Made by a program: the position numbers and the translations under genes
Notes under the pieces: model-generated
Told to the model about the DNA's origin: nothing
Databases searched by the model: none
What the model saw: the letters and a program-made list of their open reading frames with translations, nothing else
Part shown: positions 1 through 10,563 of the stretch, in pieces
How the letters are laid out: every line of letters starts with the position of its first letter
How positions within the stretch are numbered: the stretch's first letter is position 1
Source: Thermoproteus tenax Kra 1
GTDB lineage: Archaea > Thermoproteota > Thermoprotei > Thermoproteales > Thermoproteaceae
DNA: 32,000 bases
Assembly (NCBI RefSeq): GCF_000253055.1
Contig: NC_016070.1
Location: forward strand, 1,740,001 to 1,772,000
Direction: 5' to 3'

Positions 1-144
1 GATGCCGGCGAGAGTTCTCAATAAGGTCGTCTTCCCGGCCCCATTCGGGCCCAAAATTAAGTTGATGCCGGGTACTATCCTCAATGTAACGTCTTGGAGC
101 ACGTAGCGGTCGCCCAACTTAACGGTCAGAGACTCTACCCACAT
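1..144 (-). CDS. ABC transporter ATP-binding protein, N-terminal part only (truncated by window edge)
   Basis: Minus-strand translation from cat at 142-144 reads MWVESLTVKLGDRYVLQDVTLRIVPGINLILGPNGAGKTTLLRTLAGI, with a Walker A GPNGAGKTT. It overlaps the downstream end of the permease gene, operon-like. Confidence 0.9.
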   Translation of the reverse strand, partial: MWVESLTVKLGDRYVLQDVTLRIVPGINLILGPNGAGKTTLLRTLAGI

Positions 145-1153
145 TTTTCAACACAAGCAAGATTACGGGCACTGAGAAGATCGAGGTTATTGCCGTCACG
201 GGCACTGAAAAGCCGAGTGCCCCTCTGGCCAGTATGTCGGAGGCCAACAGCACAGGCGCGCCCACCGCTGCGCTGGAGGGAACCACCTCTCTGGCAGAGC
301 TGTGCCCCAACATCTGTTTGACGATGTGCGGCACCATTAGTCCCACGAAGCCTATCACTCCGACTTGTGATACTACGAACGACACAGACAGAGATATCAT
401 AGCTATCCAGAGGGCTCTATACGTGTTGGGTCTCAGCCTCCTCACGTGGGCCAGCTCATCGCTTATAGCGACCAAGTCCATACGCCTGGCCTCCCTTATG
501 GCAAAAACCGTCATAAGCGCAACTATAGCGGCTAGGACGACGTCAATTCTATACCCCACGTAGTCAATATATCCGAAGAGCCAGAACGTGACCGGGGGTA
601 TCTGCGGCATAAGCGACGACAGATAAGATAGACCTATAGTCGTAGCCGCCGAGAATAGATAGGAGACGGCGACCCCGCCTATGACGGTGGCATATACATC
701 GCCTCTGCCTATAGCCAATGTCGTTATGCTGGCCGTTGTTGCGAAAAAGAATGCGAGAGGCACTTGATAAAGGATCAGATAGACAGGGGATAGGCCGGCC
801 GCCACTAGGGCGTACGCCAACAAGGCCCCGAAGGCGGCGCCAGAGGCCGTGCCGGCTATATATGGATCTAGGAGCGGGTTCCTATATAGAGTCTGCATCA
901 CAGCGCCCGACATGGAGAGAATGGAGCCTATAAGGGCCGCCGCAATGGCCGTGGGCAACCGTATGTACCAGACAATGACAGCGTAGTTTCCATCGAAGAA
1001 CTTATTCGGAGGTACAAAGACAGAGCCGGTCATTAAAAACGCGAAAAACAAGGGAGGTGTAGCCAGAGCGGATAAAAGTGCTATTCCTTTTGGGCTCACG
1101 GGCTGTTTATCCCTTTTATTAATAAAGTTGCATTGAGACTCTTGAGGAACCAC
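119..1153 (-). CDS. FecCD/BtuC-family ABC transporter permease
   Basis: Multi-TM protein with family-typical segments GAVMQTLYRNPLLDPYIAGTASGAAFGA and GVIGFVGLMVPHIVKQMLG. Adjacent to the ATPase and binding protein genes. The exact start may be downstream. Confidence 0.9.
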   Translation of the reverse strand: MVPQESQCNFINKRDKQPVSPKGIALLSALATPPLFFAFLMTGSVFVPPNKFFDGNYAVIVWYIRLPTAIAAALIGSILSMSGAVMQTLYRNPLLDPYIAGTASGAAFGALLAYALVAAGLSPVYLILYQVPLAFFFATTASITTLAIGRGDVYATVIGGVAVSYLFSAATTIGLSYLSSLMPQIPPVTFWLFGYIDYVGYRIDVVLAAIVALMTVFAIREARRMDLVAISDELAHVRRLRPNTYRALWIAMISLSVSFVVSQVGVIGFVGLMVPHIVKQMLGHSSAREVVPSSAAVGAPVLLASDILARGALGFSVPVTAITSIFSVPVILLVLKNVGRVSDR

Positions 1154-2232
1154 GCGGAGGTCAGACAGTGCGGCGCGTTGCCGGTAAGCACTTTGTGGAG
1201 CATGACCACGGCGTAGACAGACATGAGAGACGGCTCCTCAAGAGCGTCCTCCGGAAGGCCGGAGACCACGTAGACTCTGCCAGACCTATATGCAGCCACT
1301 TTATTGACGCCGGGGATGTTATCTAAAGCTTGCAACGCGTAGGTACAATTGCTCACGCCCATGGCTGAGAGCACGATTACGTCTGGATTTGAGGCTATCA
1401 AGAGCGAAGGCTCGAAGGGCCCCCAGCCCCCTCTCTCTATGGCGTTGATCCCTCCGGCCGCATCAACCACTGCCGATATAAATGTGTTGTTGCCGGCGGC
1501 GTAGAAGGATCCATCAGGATTTATCCAGACTATAACCGCGACGGACGCATTCAAGGGAGCTCCATATATCTCGAGCTCTCTGTTCATCCAAGTTACCAAT
1601 GCTTGGGCCCTCTGCTCTTTATGAAAGATCTTGCCCAGAGCTAGGAGATCCTCCTCTATCCCGGTTATGTTTGCCGCCAAAGTTCCTCTGAGGAAATAGA
1701 CGTTTAGACCTGTCTTGGGCAGATCCCGCGCCCAAAGTGCCTCAAAGCCTGCGTCGGCTAACACTATATCGGGATGTAGGAGCATCACGGTCTCGTTGAA
1801 ACCTGTCGGCGACATGGCATTTATCTTGATAACCTCGGCGTTGGCAGGGAGACAAGATGTGGCGTTCAACTCGCTCAATAGTTGATAGCTAAATTGGTCG
1901 AGGCCGATTATTCTATTACAGAGACCAAGGGCCACTAGCATCTGGGTTATACTGGGCGCTAGCGAGACCACAGTGGCGGGTTCAGAGGATATTACAAGGG
2001 TCCTATTAAGGGCGTCGGCGACCTCGATAGGGTAGTAAGATGTCGTAGCTGTGACGGTGGTGGTGTAGGACGCCGTAATAGTAGTAGTGACGGTCGTAAC
2101 TGTAGTAGATACATAGCTCACCGTTGTCGTAGCCGTCGGCGCTTGAGGAACTCTCAAGTGATAGCCTATAATTCCAGCTATAATTGCGACGGCCACAACC
2201 GCGATCGCAAACATTATGTTCCTAGTATTCAT
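1096..2232 (-). CDS. Periplasmic-binding-protein (BtuF/FepB-type) substrate-binding lipoprotein-like protein
   Basis: Start set at MNTRNIMFAIAVVAVAIIAGI (TM anchor), followed by a Thr/Ser-rich linker and a binding fold with RTLVISSEPATVVSLAPSITQMLVALG and HPDIVLAD. Confidence 0.85.
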   Translation of the reverse strand: MNTRNIMFAIAVVAVAIIAGIIGYHLRVPQAPTATTTVSYVSTTVTTVTTTITASYTTTVTATTSYYPIEVADALNRTLVISSEPATVVSLAPSITQMLVALGLCNRIIGLDQFSYQLLSELNATSCLPANAEVIKINAMSPTGFNETVMLLHPDIVLADAGFEALWARDLPKTGLNVYFLRGTLAANITGIEEDLLALGKIFHKEQRAQALVTWMNRELEIYGAPLNASVAVIVWINPDGSFYAAGNNTFISAVVDAAGGINAIERGGWGPFEPSLLIASNPDVIVLSAMGVSNCTYALQALDNIPGVNKVAAYRSGRVYVVSGLPEDALEEPSLMSVYAVVMLHKVLTGNAPHCLTSAWFLKSLNATLLIKGINSP

Positions 2233-2402
2233 AGTAGGGAGATATATCCCATATTTAAGTATATCATAGGAGTCCAGTCCCAAGGACAGCGGTTGCGCCC
2301 TCGGACTCTGCTCCATGTTAGATGCATGCGCCTTACAGCGCGGCGGAGGCGGGCTCGGAGCCTCCAGAGGGAGCCAAGCGCCGCTAAGGAGGCATGAGGA
2401 CG

Positions 2403-3572
2403 CTAGAAAAGCCTACGAAATTTCTGGAGATTGTTAGGTTGTAGAACGTTAAGGAGTTTCGATGGTGCCTCTCTTATTAACATCATCAGTACTGCGTCCA
2501 CTAAATCCGGCGTGACTCTAACGTAGCGGTCCACTTCATCCAATATCTGGGGATAGCCTGTGGTCGTCGAAGAGGTCGCAGAGAGATAGGAGACGACCTC
2601 CTCTACGCTGTAGTCCCCGGAGTTTAAGACCTCTACGCGTACGGCGGTTTGAGAGCCAGGCGGCATGTAGTATGCGATCACTATGTCGCCTAGGAGCTTT
2701 AGATGAGGATATCTATTCGAGTTCAAAACGTTCCCGAAGTTAACTCCAAACTCCCTGAGCCTCTGGCACAGTCGCTCCGATTTGGCGTTTCTGGCCGGCA
2801 CGCCCTCCTTAAAACAAGACAATACGTCGTCCTTCAGAGGGCCCCCCTCGCAGCTGGCGTAATGGATCTCTGCCCACTTGGGGAGGACATCCCTCAGAGG
2901 GCCCAGAACCGCGTATTCGCCCGGCCTTAGGATCAACGACGCAGCCACTCTGTCATTGACGGGCAGACAGTTCCCGTACAACAGAGATAGATATCTAGAT
3001 CTGACGCGCTTCGCCAGGCCGACGAGCGCAACTTGCGACCTCTCGACGCCCTCCATGAGTGAGTCCACTACCTTGTTGACCTCCTCGTATCTGCCGCCAG
3101 AGACGGCCAGATTAAAGGGCAGAGGATGCACGGCTATTTCGCCGTCCACTATCAATATATCGAATTCCTTCTTCCCCTCTGCCTTCTGCCTTAAGAGCTT
3201 TGCAGCGAGCTTTCTCTCGAGCAATGTGGCGTATCTGGAGACGTCCTGTTCCTCTCTGTCCTCGAAGTAGACGACGCCGCTGAGATGTTTGTCCACGCCT
3301 CGCTTGGTCTTGCCCACATAGCCGTAAGCTATAACAGTAAATACGCCGCCGACGAGCTCAAGCGGCGGGCTGCCGTATGAAGAATCTACTGCGTAGGCGT
3401 AGTGTTCTCCCTCGGGCTTCGGGATGGGCTTTGGCGCCATGGCCCCCCTCAGGGCCGCTATACGATCGGCCAGCTCGCTTAGCCTCTTCAGTTTATCTGC
3501 GCTTTTCCTCACGTAGAAGCTGATGGCCGTGAGAAGGTCTGGCTCTAGCCAATACTCAAGGTCCTCCTCCAC
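2403..3572 (-). CDS. NurA-domain nuclease-like protein
   Basis: YAYAVDSSYGSPPLELVGGVFTVIAYGYV and FDILIVDGEIAVHP resemble the NurA acidic motifs. No HerA ATPase is visible in the window. Confidence 0.6.
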   Translation of the reverse strand: MEEDLEYWLEPDLLTAISFYVRKSADKLKRLSELADRIAALRGAMAPKPIPKPEGEHYAYAVDSSYGSPPLELVGGVFTVIAYGYVGKTKRGVDKHLSGVVYFEDREEQDVSRYATLLERKLAAKLLRQKAEGKKEFDILIVDGEIAVHPLPFNLAVSGGRYEEVNKVVDSLMEGVERSQVALVGLAKRVRSRYLSLLYGNCLPVNDRVAASLILRPGEYAVLGPLRDVLPKWAEIHYASCEGGPLKDDVLSCFKEGVPARNAKSERLCQRLREFGVNFGNVLNSNRYPHLKLLGDIVIAYYMPPGSQTAVRVEVLNSGDYSVEEVVSYLSATSSTTTGYPQILDEVDRYVRVTPDLVDAVLMMLIREAPSKLLNVLQPNNLQKFRRLF

Positions 3573-3574
3573 GA

Positions 3575-4423
3575 CTAAACGCAGGCGCTTTCAAGAGTTG
3601 CGCGACATTTGGCCTCAACCTCTCTGGGCAACTTGGGAACTACCTCGGCGACAACTCGCCTTATTATGTCCATCTTTTCGGCCATCATCTTCTCTACAGC
3701 CTCCGCAGTAACTGGCTGGTGCGGCACCCATATATCGTAGTCTGTCACGAGCGCTATTAGGGCGTAACACATGCCTAGCTCTCTAGCGAGGTTTATCTCA
3801 GGAACGAGAGTCATACCTATTATATCGCACTGATAAACATCTCTCCATATCCTGGACTCCGCCTTGGTGCTAAAGCGAGGCCCCTCTATACATATATAGC
3901 ATCCCGTTGTGTGGACTTTGTTATACTTAGACGCAGTCTCTATTAGCGCCCTCCGGAGCTCCTCCGTGAATGGCTCAAGGCCGATCTGGACATGACACGT
4001 CCTGGGGCCGTCGTAGAACGTGTACTCTCTGCCCTTCGTCATATCGACGAACTGGTCCGGGACGACGAAGTCGCCGGGGGCATAGTCGGGCCTTAGAGAG
4101 CCCACTGCGCTGACGGCAATAATAGATCTGACTCCCAACGAATATAAAGCATATATATTAGCTCTATAGGGTATCCTATGTGGTGGATATTTATGGCCTC
4201 TGCCGTGCCTTGGCAGAAATGCCACCCACCTTCCGCCGACCTTTCCGATAATTATATTGTCGCTCGGGAGCCCGTACGGCGTGTGCATCTGAACCTCTAA
4301 CGGCGCCTCAAAGATGCCAGGATCATATAGCCCGCTCCCGCCTATTATCCCCACTGAGGGAAGCTCGTCTATTCCGAGATCTCTCGGCGAAGTAGGCGGA
4401 GAGGTGAGCTTGACGACCTTCAT
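3575..4423 (-). CDS. mtnP: S-methyl-5'-thioadenosine phosphorylase (MTAP/PNP family)
   Basis: [59 protein letters not shown]. Start set at [13 protein letters not shown] rather than the longer ORF start. Confidence 0.92.
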   Translation of the reverse strand: MKVVKLTSPPTSPRDLGIDELPSVGIIGGSGLYDPGIFEAPLEVQMHTPYGLPSDNIIIGKVGGRWVAFLPRHGRGHKYPPHRIPYRANIYALYSLGVRSIIAVSAVGSLRPDYAPGDFVVPDQFVDMTKGREYTFYDGPRTCHVQIGLEPFTEELRRALIETASKYNKVHTTGCYICIEGPRFSTKAESRIWRDVYQCDIIGMTLVPEINLARELGMCYALIALVTDYDIWVPHQPVTAEAVEKMMAEKMDIIRRVVAEVVPKLPREVEAKCRATLESACV

Positions 4424-4474
4424 GGGTCGGGGATAGTCGCCGCTATTAAATTTAATCTCTGCGCACCAGGAGAC

Positions 4475-4963
4475 ATGTCGCTCCAAGACTTCCTAAATGC
4501 CTCATTCAATGAATTAGTAAGGAGGTACGGCGCAGTGAAGCGCGATAATATCTACGAGGTGCCGATCCAGAACGCCCCGTGGGTGCTCAGCAAGTCGCTC
4601 ACGGCGTCTTTAAAGGCTGGGAGAAGCTACAAATTACACGGACTCAACGTCTCGTGGAGCGGACCGGGAGAGGTTTATGTGGTATTGACCGACTGGGAGA
4701 TAGCGTTCGGCTATATCCTCGCCAAGCGTAGGAGGATGTTCTCCTGTGTGCGTAGGCCCTTCAGTGCGCCCTACGGGGTAACCCTCCCTCCGCACATTAA
4801 AGTGAGGGAGCTCGAGCTTGTCCTCTCAGACTCTGAGACGATCACTTGTGTAGATAAATCTATAGAGATCAAGGCCGTGGCAGTGATCCCCACGACGGTC
4901 TACGTATTGGACACCCTGAAGGCTGACTTCGGCGAGCTGAGGCTTGAAGAATTGCCCGCCTAG
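4475..4963 (+). CDS. Hypothetical protein (162 aa)
   Basis: Intact ORF in a gap between annotated genes, coding-like composition, no recognised motif. Confidence 0.65.
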   Translation: MSLQDFLNASFNELVRRYGAVKRDNIYEVPIQNAPWVLSKSLTASLKAGRSYKLHGLNVSWSGPGEVYVVLTDWEIAFGYILAKRRRMFSCVRRPFSAPYGVTLPPHIKVRELELVLSDSETITCVDKSIEIKAVAVIPTTVYVLDTLKADFGELRLEELPA

Positions 4964-5003
4964 GGACAAGATTTATTAAGGTGGCACGGATAGACACACT
5001 AGA

Positions 5004-5366
5004 ATGGGTGTAGAGTTTCCCGACAGGGACGCGGAGGACATTGTGAGCCAGTTGTTAGGGGGCGGAGAGGAGGACCAGATGCTTCAGACGATTACGAAAG
5101 AGAAGGCATTAATCCATATAAGGCTCGAGAGAAGGAAGAGCCACTTGGTAACTATAATAGATTTCGGCAACACGGACGATGCAAAACAACTGGGAATAAA
5201 GGATCTGGCCCGCGAGCTGAAGAAAAGGCTCGCGGCCGGCGGTACTATAAGGGACAGTTGGATAGAGATACAGGGAGATCATAGGCAGAAGGTCAAGAAG
5301 ATGTTGATAGATATGGGCTTCAAGGAGGAGAATATACTCATAGACGAGGAGGTCAAGGAGACTTAA
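5004..5366 (+). CDS. SUI1/eIF1-family translation factor-like protein
   Basis: [58 protein letters not shown] matches the SUI1 core pattern. Confidence 0.85.
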   Translation: MGVEFPDRDAEDIVSQLLGGGEEDQMLQTITKEKALIHIRLERRKSHLVTIIDFGNTDDAKQLGIKDLARELKKRLAAGGTIRDSWIEIQGDHRQKVKKMLIDMGFKEENILIDEEVKET

Positions 5367-5647
5367 TGGAGGAGGCCAAGGCGCTGGCCGAGAGAGGCGA
5401 CTATAGAGGTCTTGCTCAACTTTGTCTAAAGATACTAGGCGTCTCGAGCTGGCATGAGGCGTGGGCGCGGGGGGCCCAGCTGGCAGAGAGAAGCAAAGAA
5501 TATGTGATATTGAAGTTCCTAGCCTCCGCATATGTCCTGTCCAGTGACGAAATATACAATGTATTGAACGAGGCTGAGAGAGAGTTTCTCGCAAGAGATC
5601 TCGCTGTCTGTATAGGGAAGGTGTCCCAACTTCTCGGCCTCAGCTGA
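5366..5647 (+). CDS. Hypothetical protein (93 aa), translationally coupled to the SUI1-like gene
   Basis: Start overlaps the stop of the upstream gene (taatgg). Helical, coding-like sequence. Confidence 0.6.
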   Translation: MEEAKALAERGDYRGLAQLCLKILGVSSWHEAWARGAQLAERSKEYVILKFLASAYVLSSDEIYNVLNEAEREFLARDLAVCIGKVSQLLGLS

Positions 5648-5652
5648 GCGCC

Positions 5653-7557
5653 CTACATTCTGCTCAAGACGGGGACGCCCAGAATCTCCAGGCCATTCTT
5701 CATTGTAATCCTCACTACGTTGACCAACGCCAGCCTAAAGCGCCGGACATCCCCCTCGGCCTTTATAACCGGGTATTTCTCGTAGTAGCTGTTGAACAAG
5801 AGGGCCAGAGAGTTGAGGTAGTCTGAAATGTAGTCTGGCCTTAGATCCTTAACCGCGCTCGCGACGACCCTTGGCCACATGGCCAGCCTCACTACGAGAT
5901 CCCTCTCCTCCGGCGGCAACGAGTCAGGCACCGACGGCGCCGCCTCGGGCGCCTCGCCGGCCTTCTCCAAGATTGAGGCAGCCCTCACATAGGTGTACTG
6001 TAGGAATGGCCCCGAGTTGCTCCTCATGTTGAGGACTACGTCCCACTTGAAATCGATCGGCTTTCTCGGCGATGCGGACAGATAGAAGTAGCGCACGGCG
6101 CCCACGCCGACCTTCTCGCCAATCACAGCGGCGGTCTCTCTGTCCTTCTCCTTGACCATCTCGGCCGACCTCTCCGCCGCCTCATCTAAGATTTCATCCA
6201 ATGATACATATTGCCCTCTTCTGGCCGACATCTTCATGCCGGGCATGTTGACCATCTCATAGGAGTAGTGGACTATCCTTTTGGCCTCCTCTTTGTGTCC
6301 CAACGCATAGAGGATTATTTTTACATGCGCTTGTTCGTGCGTCTGTTCCGAAGATATCACTCTAACGACCTTGTCAACGGCGTGTTGGGCCTGCCACAAA
6401 GCGTAGGCCACATCCCTAGTGACGTAGAGAGTCGTTCCATCGGAACGGGTAAGCGTGACGGGAGGTATGAACTTCGGAAGATCCAGCTCCTCCCTCAGGT
6501 TGAAATCTTCAACGAATTTATCAGCTCTGAAGACCACAGCGCCCTCTTTGTTCTCTATATAGCTAGGCCATCTCCGTTTCAGCTCCTCAACTAGTTCAAC
6601 AGCCTTGTTGCTCCAGACGGCCAGCTCGCTCTCGTAGTCCCATTTGTCAATAGCGATACCCAGCCTCTCGAGAGTGGCTCTCTGCCCCTTGAGCACCAAG
6701 TCGACTACGGCTCTGACCTTAGCCCTAGCCTGTAGGTCTCCTCTCTCATAGAGTCTGTTCAGCTCGGCCGCCTCAGTGAAGAGGTCCCTCCTCCCGAGCC
6801 TCTCTGCTAGTAAATTAGTCAGCTCGGGCTCTGCGTCCATATGACGCTTAATCACCCCCATCCACTCGTCTATTTCGGCCAGTATCTCGCGCCTCTTCTC
6901 ATCGCTCTGGCCCTCCGCCAGCCTTTTCAATCTGTTTATCTCGGCTATTGCCGTCGCGACCGAGTAGACATATCCCACCGCCAAGTCGGGCTTAACGCCG
7001 CGCTCCACCATCTTGTTAACTTCCTCGGATACGGCCTCGTAGCCAAGTGCAGCGTACATAACTTGGGAGCCACAGTCGTCTACATAGAAGTGTACCTCTA
7101 CATCGTTGCCGCAGAACCTCAACAGACGGACGAGCGAGTCCCCCAACACTGCGTTGCGCCCGTGGCCTACGTGGAGCGGATGCAACGGATTTGCGGAGGT
7201 GTGCTCCACAAGGAATCTGCCCACTTTACACCGAGCTGAGTAGCCGTATTTCTCACCTGCCGACCTCACCGAGTCGAACAACGCAACGGCCAGCCTCCTT
7301 ACGTCTACATCGGCGTTGAGGTACATGTTCTCTAGTCTCACGTTGGCGAGGTACTCAAACCGACGCCCCCTTAGAGTCTCGGCGACCGCCTCCGGGCTTG
7401 GCCTCAGCTTGTGCAGACGCGCGGTTACGAACGCGAACTTCGATGGAAACTCTACCTCAGGCCTGGTGGTGGCGCCAATCTTGGCCACAATCTCGTCCAC
7501 CAACCTTTCGAACTCCGAGATTACGGCATCAAGCGGATCCACTATGAGGTGTTCCAC
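5653..7557 (-). CDS. argS: Arginyl-tRNA synthetase
   Basis: HPLHVGHGRNAVLGDSLVRLLRFCG (HIGH-type), NMPGMKMSARRG (KMSKS-type), and a C-terminal anticodon-binding domain. Confidence 0.95.
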   Translation of the reverse strand: MEHLIVDPLDAVISEFERLVDEIVAKIGATTRPEVEFPSKFAFVTARLHKLRPSPEAVAETLRGRRFEYLANVRLENMYLNADVDVRRLAVALFDSVRSAGEKYGYSARCKVGRFLVEHTSANPLHPLHVGHGRNAVLGDSLVRLLRFCGNDVEVHFYVDDCGSQVMYAALGYEAVSEEVNKMVERGVKPDLAVGYVYSVATAIAEINRLKRLAEGQSDEKRREILAEIDEWMGVIKRHMDAEPELTNLLAERLGRRDLFTEAAELNRLYERGDLQARAKVRAVVDLVLKGQRATLERLGIAIDKWDYESELAVWSNKAVELVEELKRRWPSYIENKEGAVVFRADKFVEDFNLREELDLPKFIPPVTLTRSDGTTLYVTRDVAYALWQAQHAVDKVVRVISSEQTHEQAHVKIILYALGHKEEAKRIVHYSYEMVNMPGMKMSARRGQYVSLDEILDEAAERSAEMVKEKDRETAAVIGEKVGVGAVRYFYLSASPRKPIDFKWDVVLNMRSNSGPFLQYTYVRAASILEKAGEAPEAAPSVPDSLPPEERDLVVRLAMWPRVVASAVKDLRPDYISDYLNSLALLFNSYYEKYPVIKAEGDVRRFRLALVNVVRITMKNGLEILGVPVLSRM

Positions 7558-7722
7558 TACTCTTAAAAAATGACTATTCCTTTCAATTATATTCAGTCTT
7601 TCTGAGAGGCCCGCGAGCCGGCCGCCGTAAGCGCTCGCCCTCGCGCGCCAGTAGACGGATGCAAGACGCCGGCTAGATTTGCCTCGTAAAAATATTTATA
7701 ACCTACTAGATTCCCAAGGGCC

Positions 7723-8175
7723 ATGGCAACCACCGTAGACCCCAAGACATTTTACGCGAACTCAGTGCAGGGTAAGCCATTCTATGTAAGATTCGAGGTT
7801 CCAGCAGAGCTAGCCGAGAAGGCCTACGATATACTTAACGTCGCGAGGCAGACTGGCAAAATCAAGAAGGGCACTAACGAGGTCACAAAGGCTGTTGAGC
7901 GCGGCCTAGCTAGGCTGGTGCTCATCGCGGAGGACGTGGATCCGCCTGAAGTGGTGGCCCACTTGCCAATACTGTGCGAGGAGAAGAAGGTGCCCTACGT
8001 CTATGTGCCCTCCAAGGAGAAGTTGGGCAAAGCCGCCGGCATTAACGTTGCCGCAGCCGCCGCGGTTGTGATAGATCCAGGCCAAGCCGCCGCCGAGCTT
8101 GAAGGATTTGTGACAAGGCTGAACGAAGTGAGGAGCAAATACGGCCTAGGGCCTATAGCTCCCGCAAGGAAATAA
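7723..8175 (+). CDS. rpl7ae: Ribosomal protein L7Ae
   Basis: [70 protein letters not shown]-like atttataa upstream. Confidence 0.97.
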   Translation: MATTVDPKTFYANSVQGKPFYVRFEVPAELAEKAYDILNVARQTGKIKKGTNEVTKAVERGLARLVLIAEDVDPPEVVAHLPILCEEKKVPYVYVPSKEKLGKAAGINVAAAAAVVIDPGQAAAELEGFVTRLNEVRSKYGLGPIAPARK

Positions 8176-8182
8176 TATTTTT

Positions 8183-8374
8183 CTACTTCGCGGCGGGCTT
8201 CTTCGATCTTTTCCTGACCCAAGCTAGATCTCTCGGATCTCTTCCATATTTAGTCGCACTGACGAAGCACTTGTGGCTACAGTACCTCAGCACGGTGCCG
8301 TCAGCTTTAACGTACATAATCCCCTCGCCTGGATATATCGGCGCGCCGCAGAAGTTACACTTGTAGACCCTCAT
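8183..8374 (-). CDS. rpl24e: Ribosomal protein L24e
   Basis: [50 protein letters not shown]. Confidence 0.95.
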   Translation of the reverse strand: MRVYKCNFCGAPIYPGEGIMYVKADGTVLRYCSHKCFVSATKYGRDPRDLAWVRKRSKKPAAK

Positions 8375-8643
8375 CTCGCCGTAATCTTCCTTGCCTCTCT
8401 TTCGGTCTCACGGAGCATGACTATATCTCCAAGCCTCACAGGGCCTTTTACGTTGCGAGTGAGCACGCGCCCTTTATCGCGGCCCTCCAAGACCTTGACC
8501 TTCACTTGTGTCACCTCTCCTGCAACGCCGGTCCTTCCCAGTATTTGAACCACTATGGCCGCTACGGCGTCCTCATACGGTGAGAGCTTGAGCTCTTGCG
8601 CCATAGGCTCTGGGATGTCCACCCTTTTTAAAATTTGCAGCAA
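8371..8643 (-). CDS. rps28e: Ribosomal protein S28e
   Basis: [45 protein letters not shown]. Confidence 0.95.
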   Translation of the reverse strand: MLQILKRVDIPEPMAQELKLSPYEDAVAAIVVQILGRTGVAGEVTQVKVKVLEGRDKGRVLTRNVKGPVRLGDIVMLRETEREARKITAR

Positions 8644-8937
8644 TGGATTTATTTTTCAGACACAAGCGGCTACATGGGCAGACTGCTCATGATAGGCTTA
8701 ATGCTGATCTTGGTCGGGTTTATGATTATGGCATTGGCCCCGTTGGCGAGCTTGAGCCAGAGCCAAGCGGCCGCTGCAGGATGCATCGTCTTATTCTTTA
8801 TACCCATATGCTTCGGAGCCGGCTCCCCCGGCCTTCTTCCGGCCGCAATGGTGTTGACCGTAATCGCCCTCGCATTTGTGCTAGCCACCTATCTAATCCT
8901 CCTATGGAGTATAAGACGTCAAAAGGAACAGAGCTAG
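8635..8937 (+). CDS. Small membrane protein, hypothetical
   Basis: 100 aa with about three hydrophobic segments, divergent from rps28e. Confidence 0.6.
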   Translation: MQQWIYFSDTSGYMGRLLMIGLMLILVGFMIMALAPLASLSQSQAAAAGCIVLFFIPICFGAGSPGLLPAAMVLTVIALAFVLATYLILLWSIRRQKEQS

Positions 8938-9162
8938 GGCCAACGCAGTTAGAACTATTGCTAGAATTAATACTATTTTTGTCACTCTCTGGCTTGTCCC
9001 AAAGACTATCGGCACCGGCCCTATTATGACGACGCCTCCGGCCTCGCCTGAGGCCTTTCCGTCCTCCCTTCGGCTTGCCTCGACCACTATGGACAAAAAC
9101 ACGAGGAACATCCCCAGTAGGATCAAGCCGAAGCCCACGAGGATGAGGTCATACGTCGACAT
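8902..9162 (-). CDS. DUF131-like (TIGR00304-type) small membrane protein
   Basis: VGFGLILLGMFLVFLSIV...[35 protein letters not shown]. Confidence 0.75.
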   Translation of the reverse strand: MSTYDLILVGFGLILLGMFLVFLSIVVEASRREDGKASGEAGGVVIIGPVPIVFGTSQRVTKIVLILAIVLTALALALFLLTSYTP

Positions 9163-9168
9163 AGAAGA

Positions 9169-9627
9169 TTGTGTGTCTCAGATAAAAAACTATATCCTCC
9201 TAATTCCATGGCTTGGGAAAGCCCTAGACAGCTTCTGTCTGTGATAAACAAAAGGATTTCTGAGTCGGGCATCCTCTCGTTCATAGGATACCAAGTCGTA
9301 GACTTGGACATAGGCTACGCCGAGGCCGTCTTCCATCACGACAAGAGGTTAGAGAGGAGCGGCGGCATAATCCACGGGGGCGTCATCGTAACGGCGCTCG
9401 ACACTACTATGGGCCTCGCGGCCATGGCTGCAACCAGAGGCGAGAACAACGTGACGCTGGAGCTGAAAGTCAACTTCCTCGAGCCGTTAGATGGCGGACT
9501 ATATAAAGTAAAAGCTAAGGTGCTCCGTAAGGGGTTGCATACAGTAGTAGTAGACGGCGAGCTCCTCAAAGGCCAAAACGTGTTGGCCGCTAAAGCTCTA
9601 GGAACCTACTTTATTGTGAGGACTTGA
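9169..9627 (+). CDS. PaaI-type hotdog-fold thioesterase
   Basis: AEAVFHHDKRLERSGGIIHGGVIVTALDTTMGLAAMAATRGENNVTLELKVNFLEPL. The start may be the internal ATG near 9208. Confidence 0.85.
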   Translation: MCVSDKKLYPPNSMAWESPRQLLSVINKRISESGILSFIGYQVVDLDIGYAEAVFHHDKRLERSGGIIHGGVIVTALDTTMGLAAMAATRGENNVTLELKVNFLEPLDGGLYKVKAKVLRKGLHTVVVDGELLKGQNVLAAKALGTYFIVRT

Positions 9628-10537
9628 CCCAACTGAGTATTGCCTTTACTCTCTTGGCCGGGTGAGGGTGCGTGGACATAATGTCCGCCAACGGGGAGAC
9701 GCCCTCCTTGATCCACTTGGCGAGAAGCTCGTCGGGATTGCTCTCCTTTATGCGCATGGGGGGCACTGTTAAGACGATCCCCTTGAACGGATCAACGCGT
9801 ACGTTGCTCATATAGATCTGTATTTTCGCCAGGGCTCTGGCGAGATTTACGGCGTTAGGCCCCAAGAGGCGCGCGGCGTGCATATCTGCGTAGCTTTCCC
9901 TCAACCTATTGAACCATAGCACGAAGATCTGTATGAATATTGTCGTAGCGGTGAGCGCGAGACCTACGGCGAGCATGGCGAGCCCTAAGAAGAGGGCTGT
10001 TTCATCTAGCGCGGCCCAGAGGAGCGCCTGTCCTGTGTATAGCAGAAAGCCCCCGATGGAGCCCAGAGCCGACGGTATCAAGCCGAGCGCCAACATTATC
10101 TCCATATCAAAATGTCTGGCGTGTCCTACCTCGTGGGCCAACACGGCGTAGAGCTCATCTCGGTTTAATATTTCAAGGAGCGGCCTCGTGACGGCCACGC
10201 CTCTGCCCGATAACAAGTTCCCGAACGCAAAGGCGTTCGGGAACGGGTCGTCTGTCACGTAGACGCGGGGAGGCCTTATGTGGGACGCCTCTGAGATCTC
10301 CTTCACCATTCTGGCGAGCTCGCCATATGTGGGATCGTTGGTGACTTCTACGGCGCCTCTGCTGATAAGGTATGGAGACGCGAGCCACTGGACCAGCCAG
10401 AAGACTGGAAGGCCCACGGCTAAGAGCCACAAGGGGAGTGATAGGAGCGAGAGGAGGACGTAGGTCACTGCGAATTCGGCGAGGACGGCCAACAGACCGG
10501 CCACGGCCATTTTAATCCACAGCGATTTCACGCGCAC
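9611..10537 (-). CDS. htpX: HtpX-family membrane zinc metalloprotease
   Basis: VLAHEVGHARHFDMEIM (HEXXH), multi-TM, RESYADMHAARLLGPNAVNLARALAK. Confidence 0.93.
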   Translation of the reverse strand: MRVKSLWIKMAVAGLLAVLAEFAVTYVLLSLLSLPLWLLAVGLPVFWLVQWLASPYLISRGAVEVTNDPTYGELARMVKEISEASHIRPPRVYVTDDPFPNAFAFGNLLSGRGVAVTRPLLEILNRDELYAVLAHEVGHARHFDMEIMLALGLIPSALGSIGGFLLYTGQALLWAALDETALFLGLAMLAVGLALTATTIFIQIFVLWFNRLRESYADMHAARLLGPNAVNLARALAKIQIYMSNVRVDPFKGIVLTVPPMRIKESNPDELLAKWIKEGVSPLADIMSTHPHPAKRVKAILSWVKSSQ

Positions 10538-10563
10538 ATCTTAATTTCAGATATTTTATCATT

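Noticed and set aside
2100-2200. Thr/Val/Ser codon-repetitive tract in the substrate-binding protein gene
   Set aside because: Low-complexity Thr-rich linkers after the membrane anchor are usual in crenarchaeal binding proteins, so this is not a DNA repeat of interest.
10173-10430. Antisense ORF in htpX (85 aa, Arg-rich)
   Set aside because: A shadow frame of htpX with no promoter or protein-like features.
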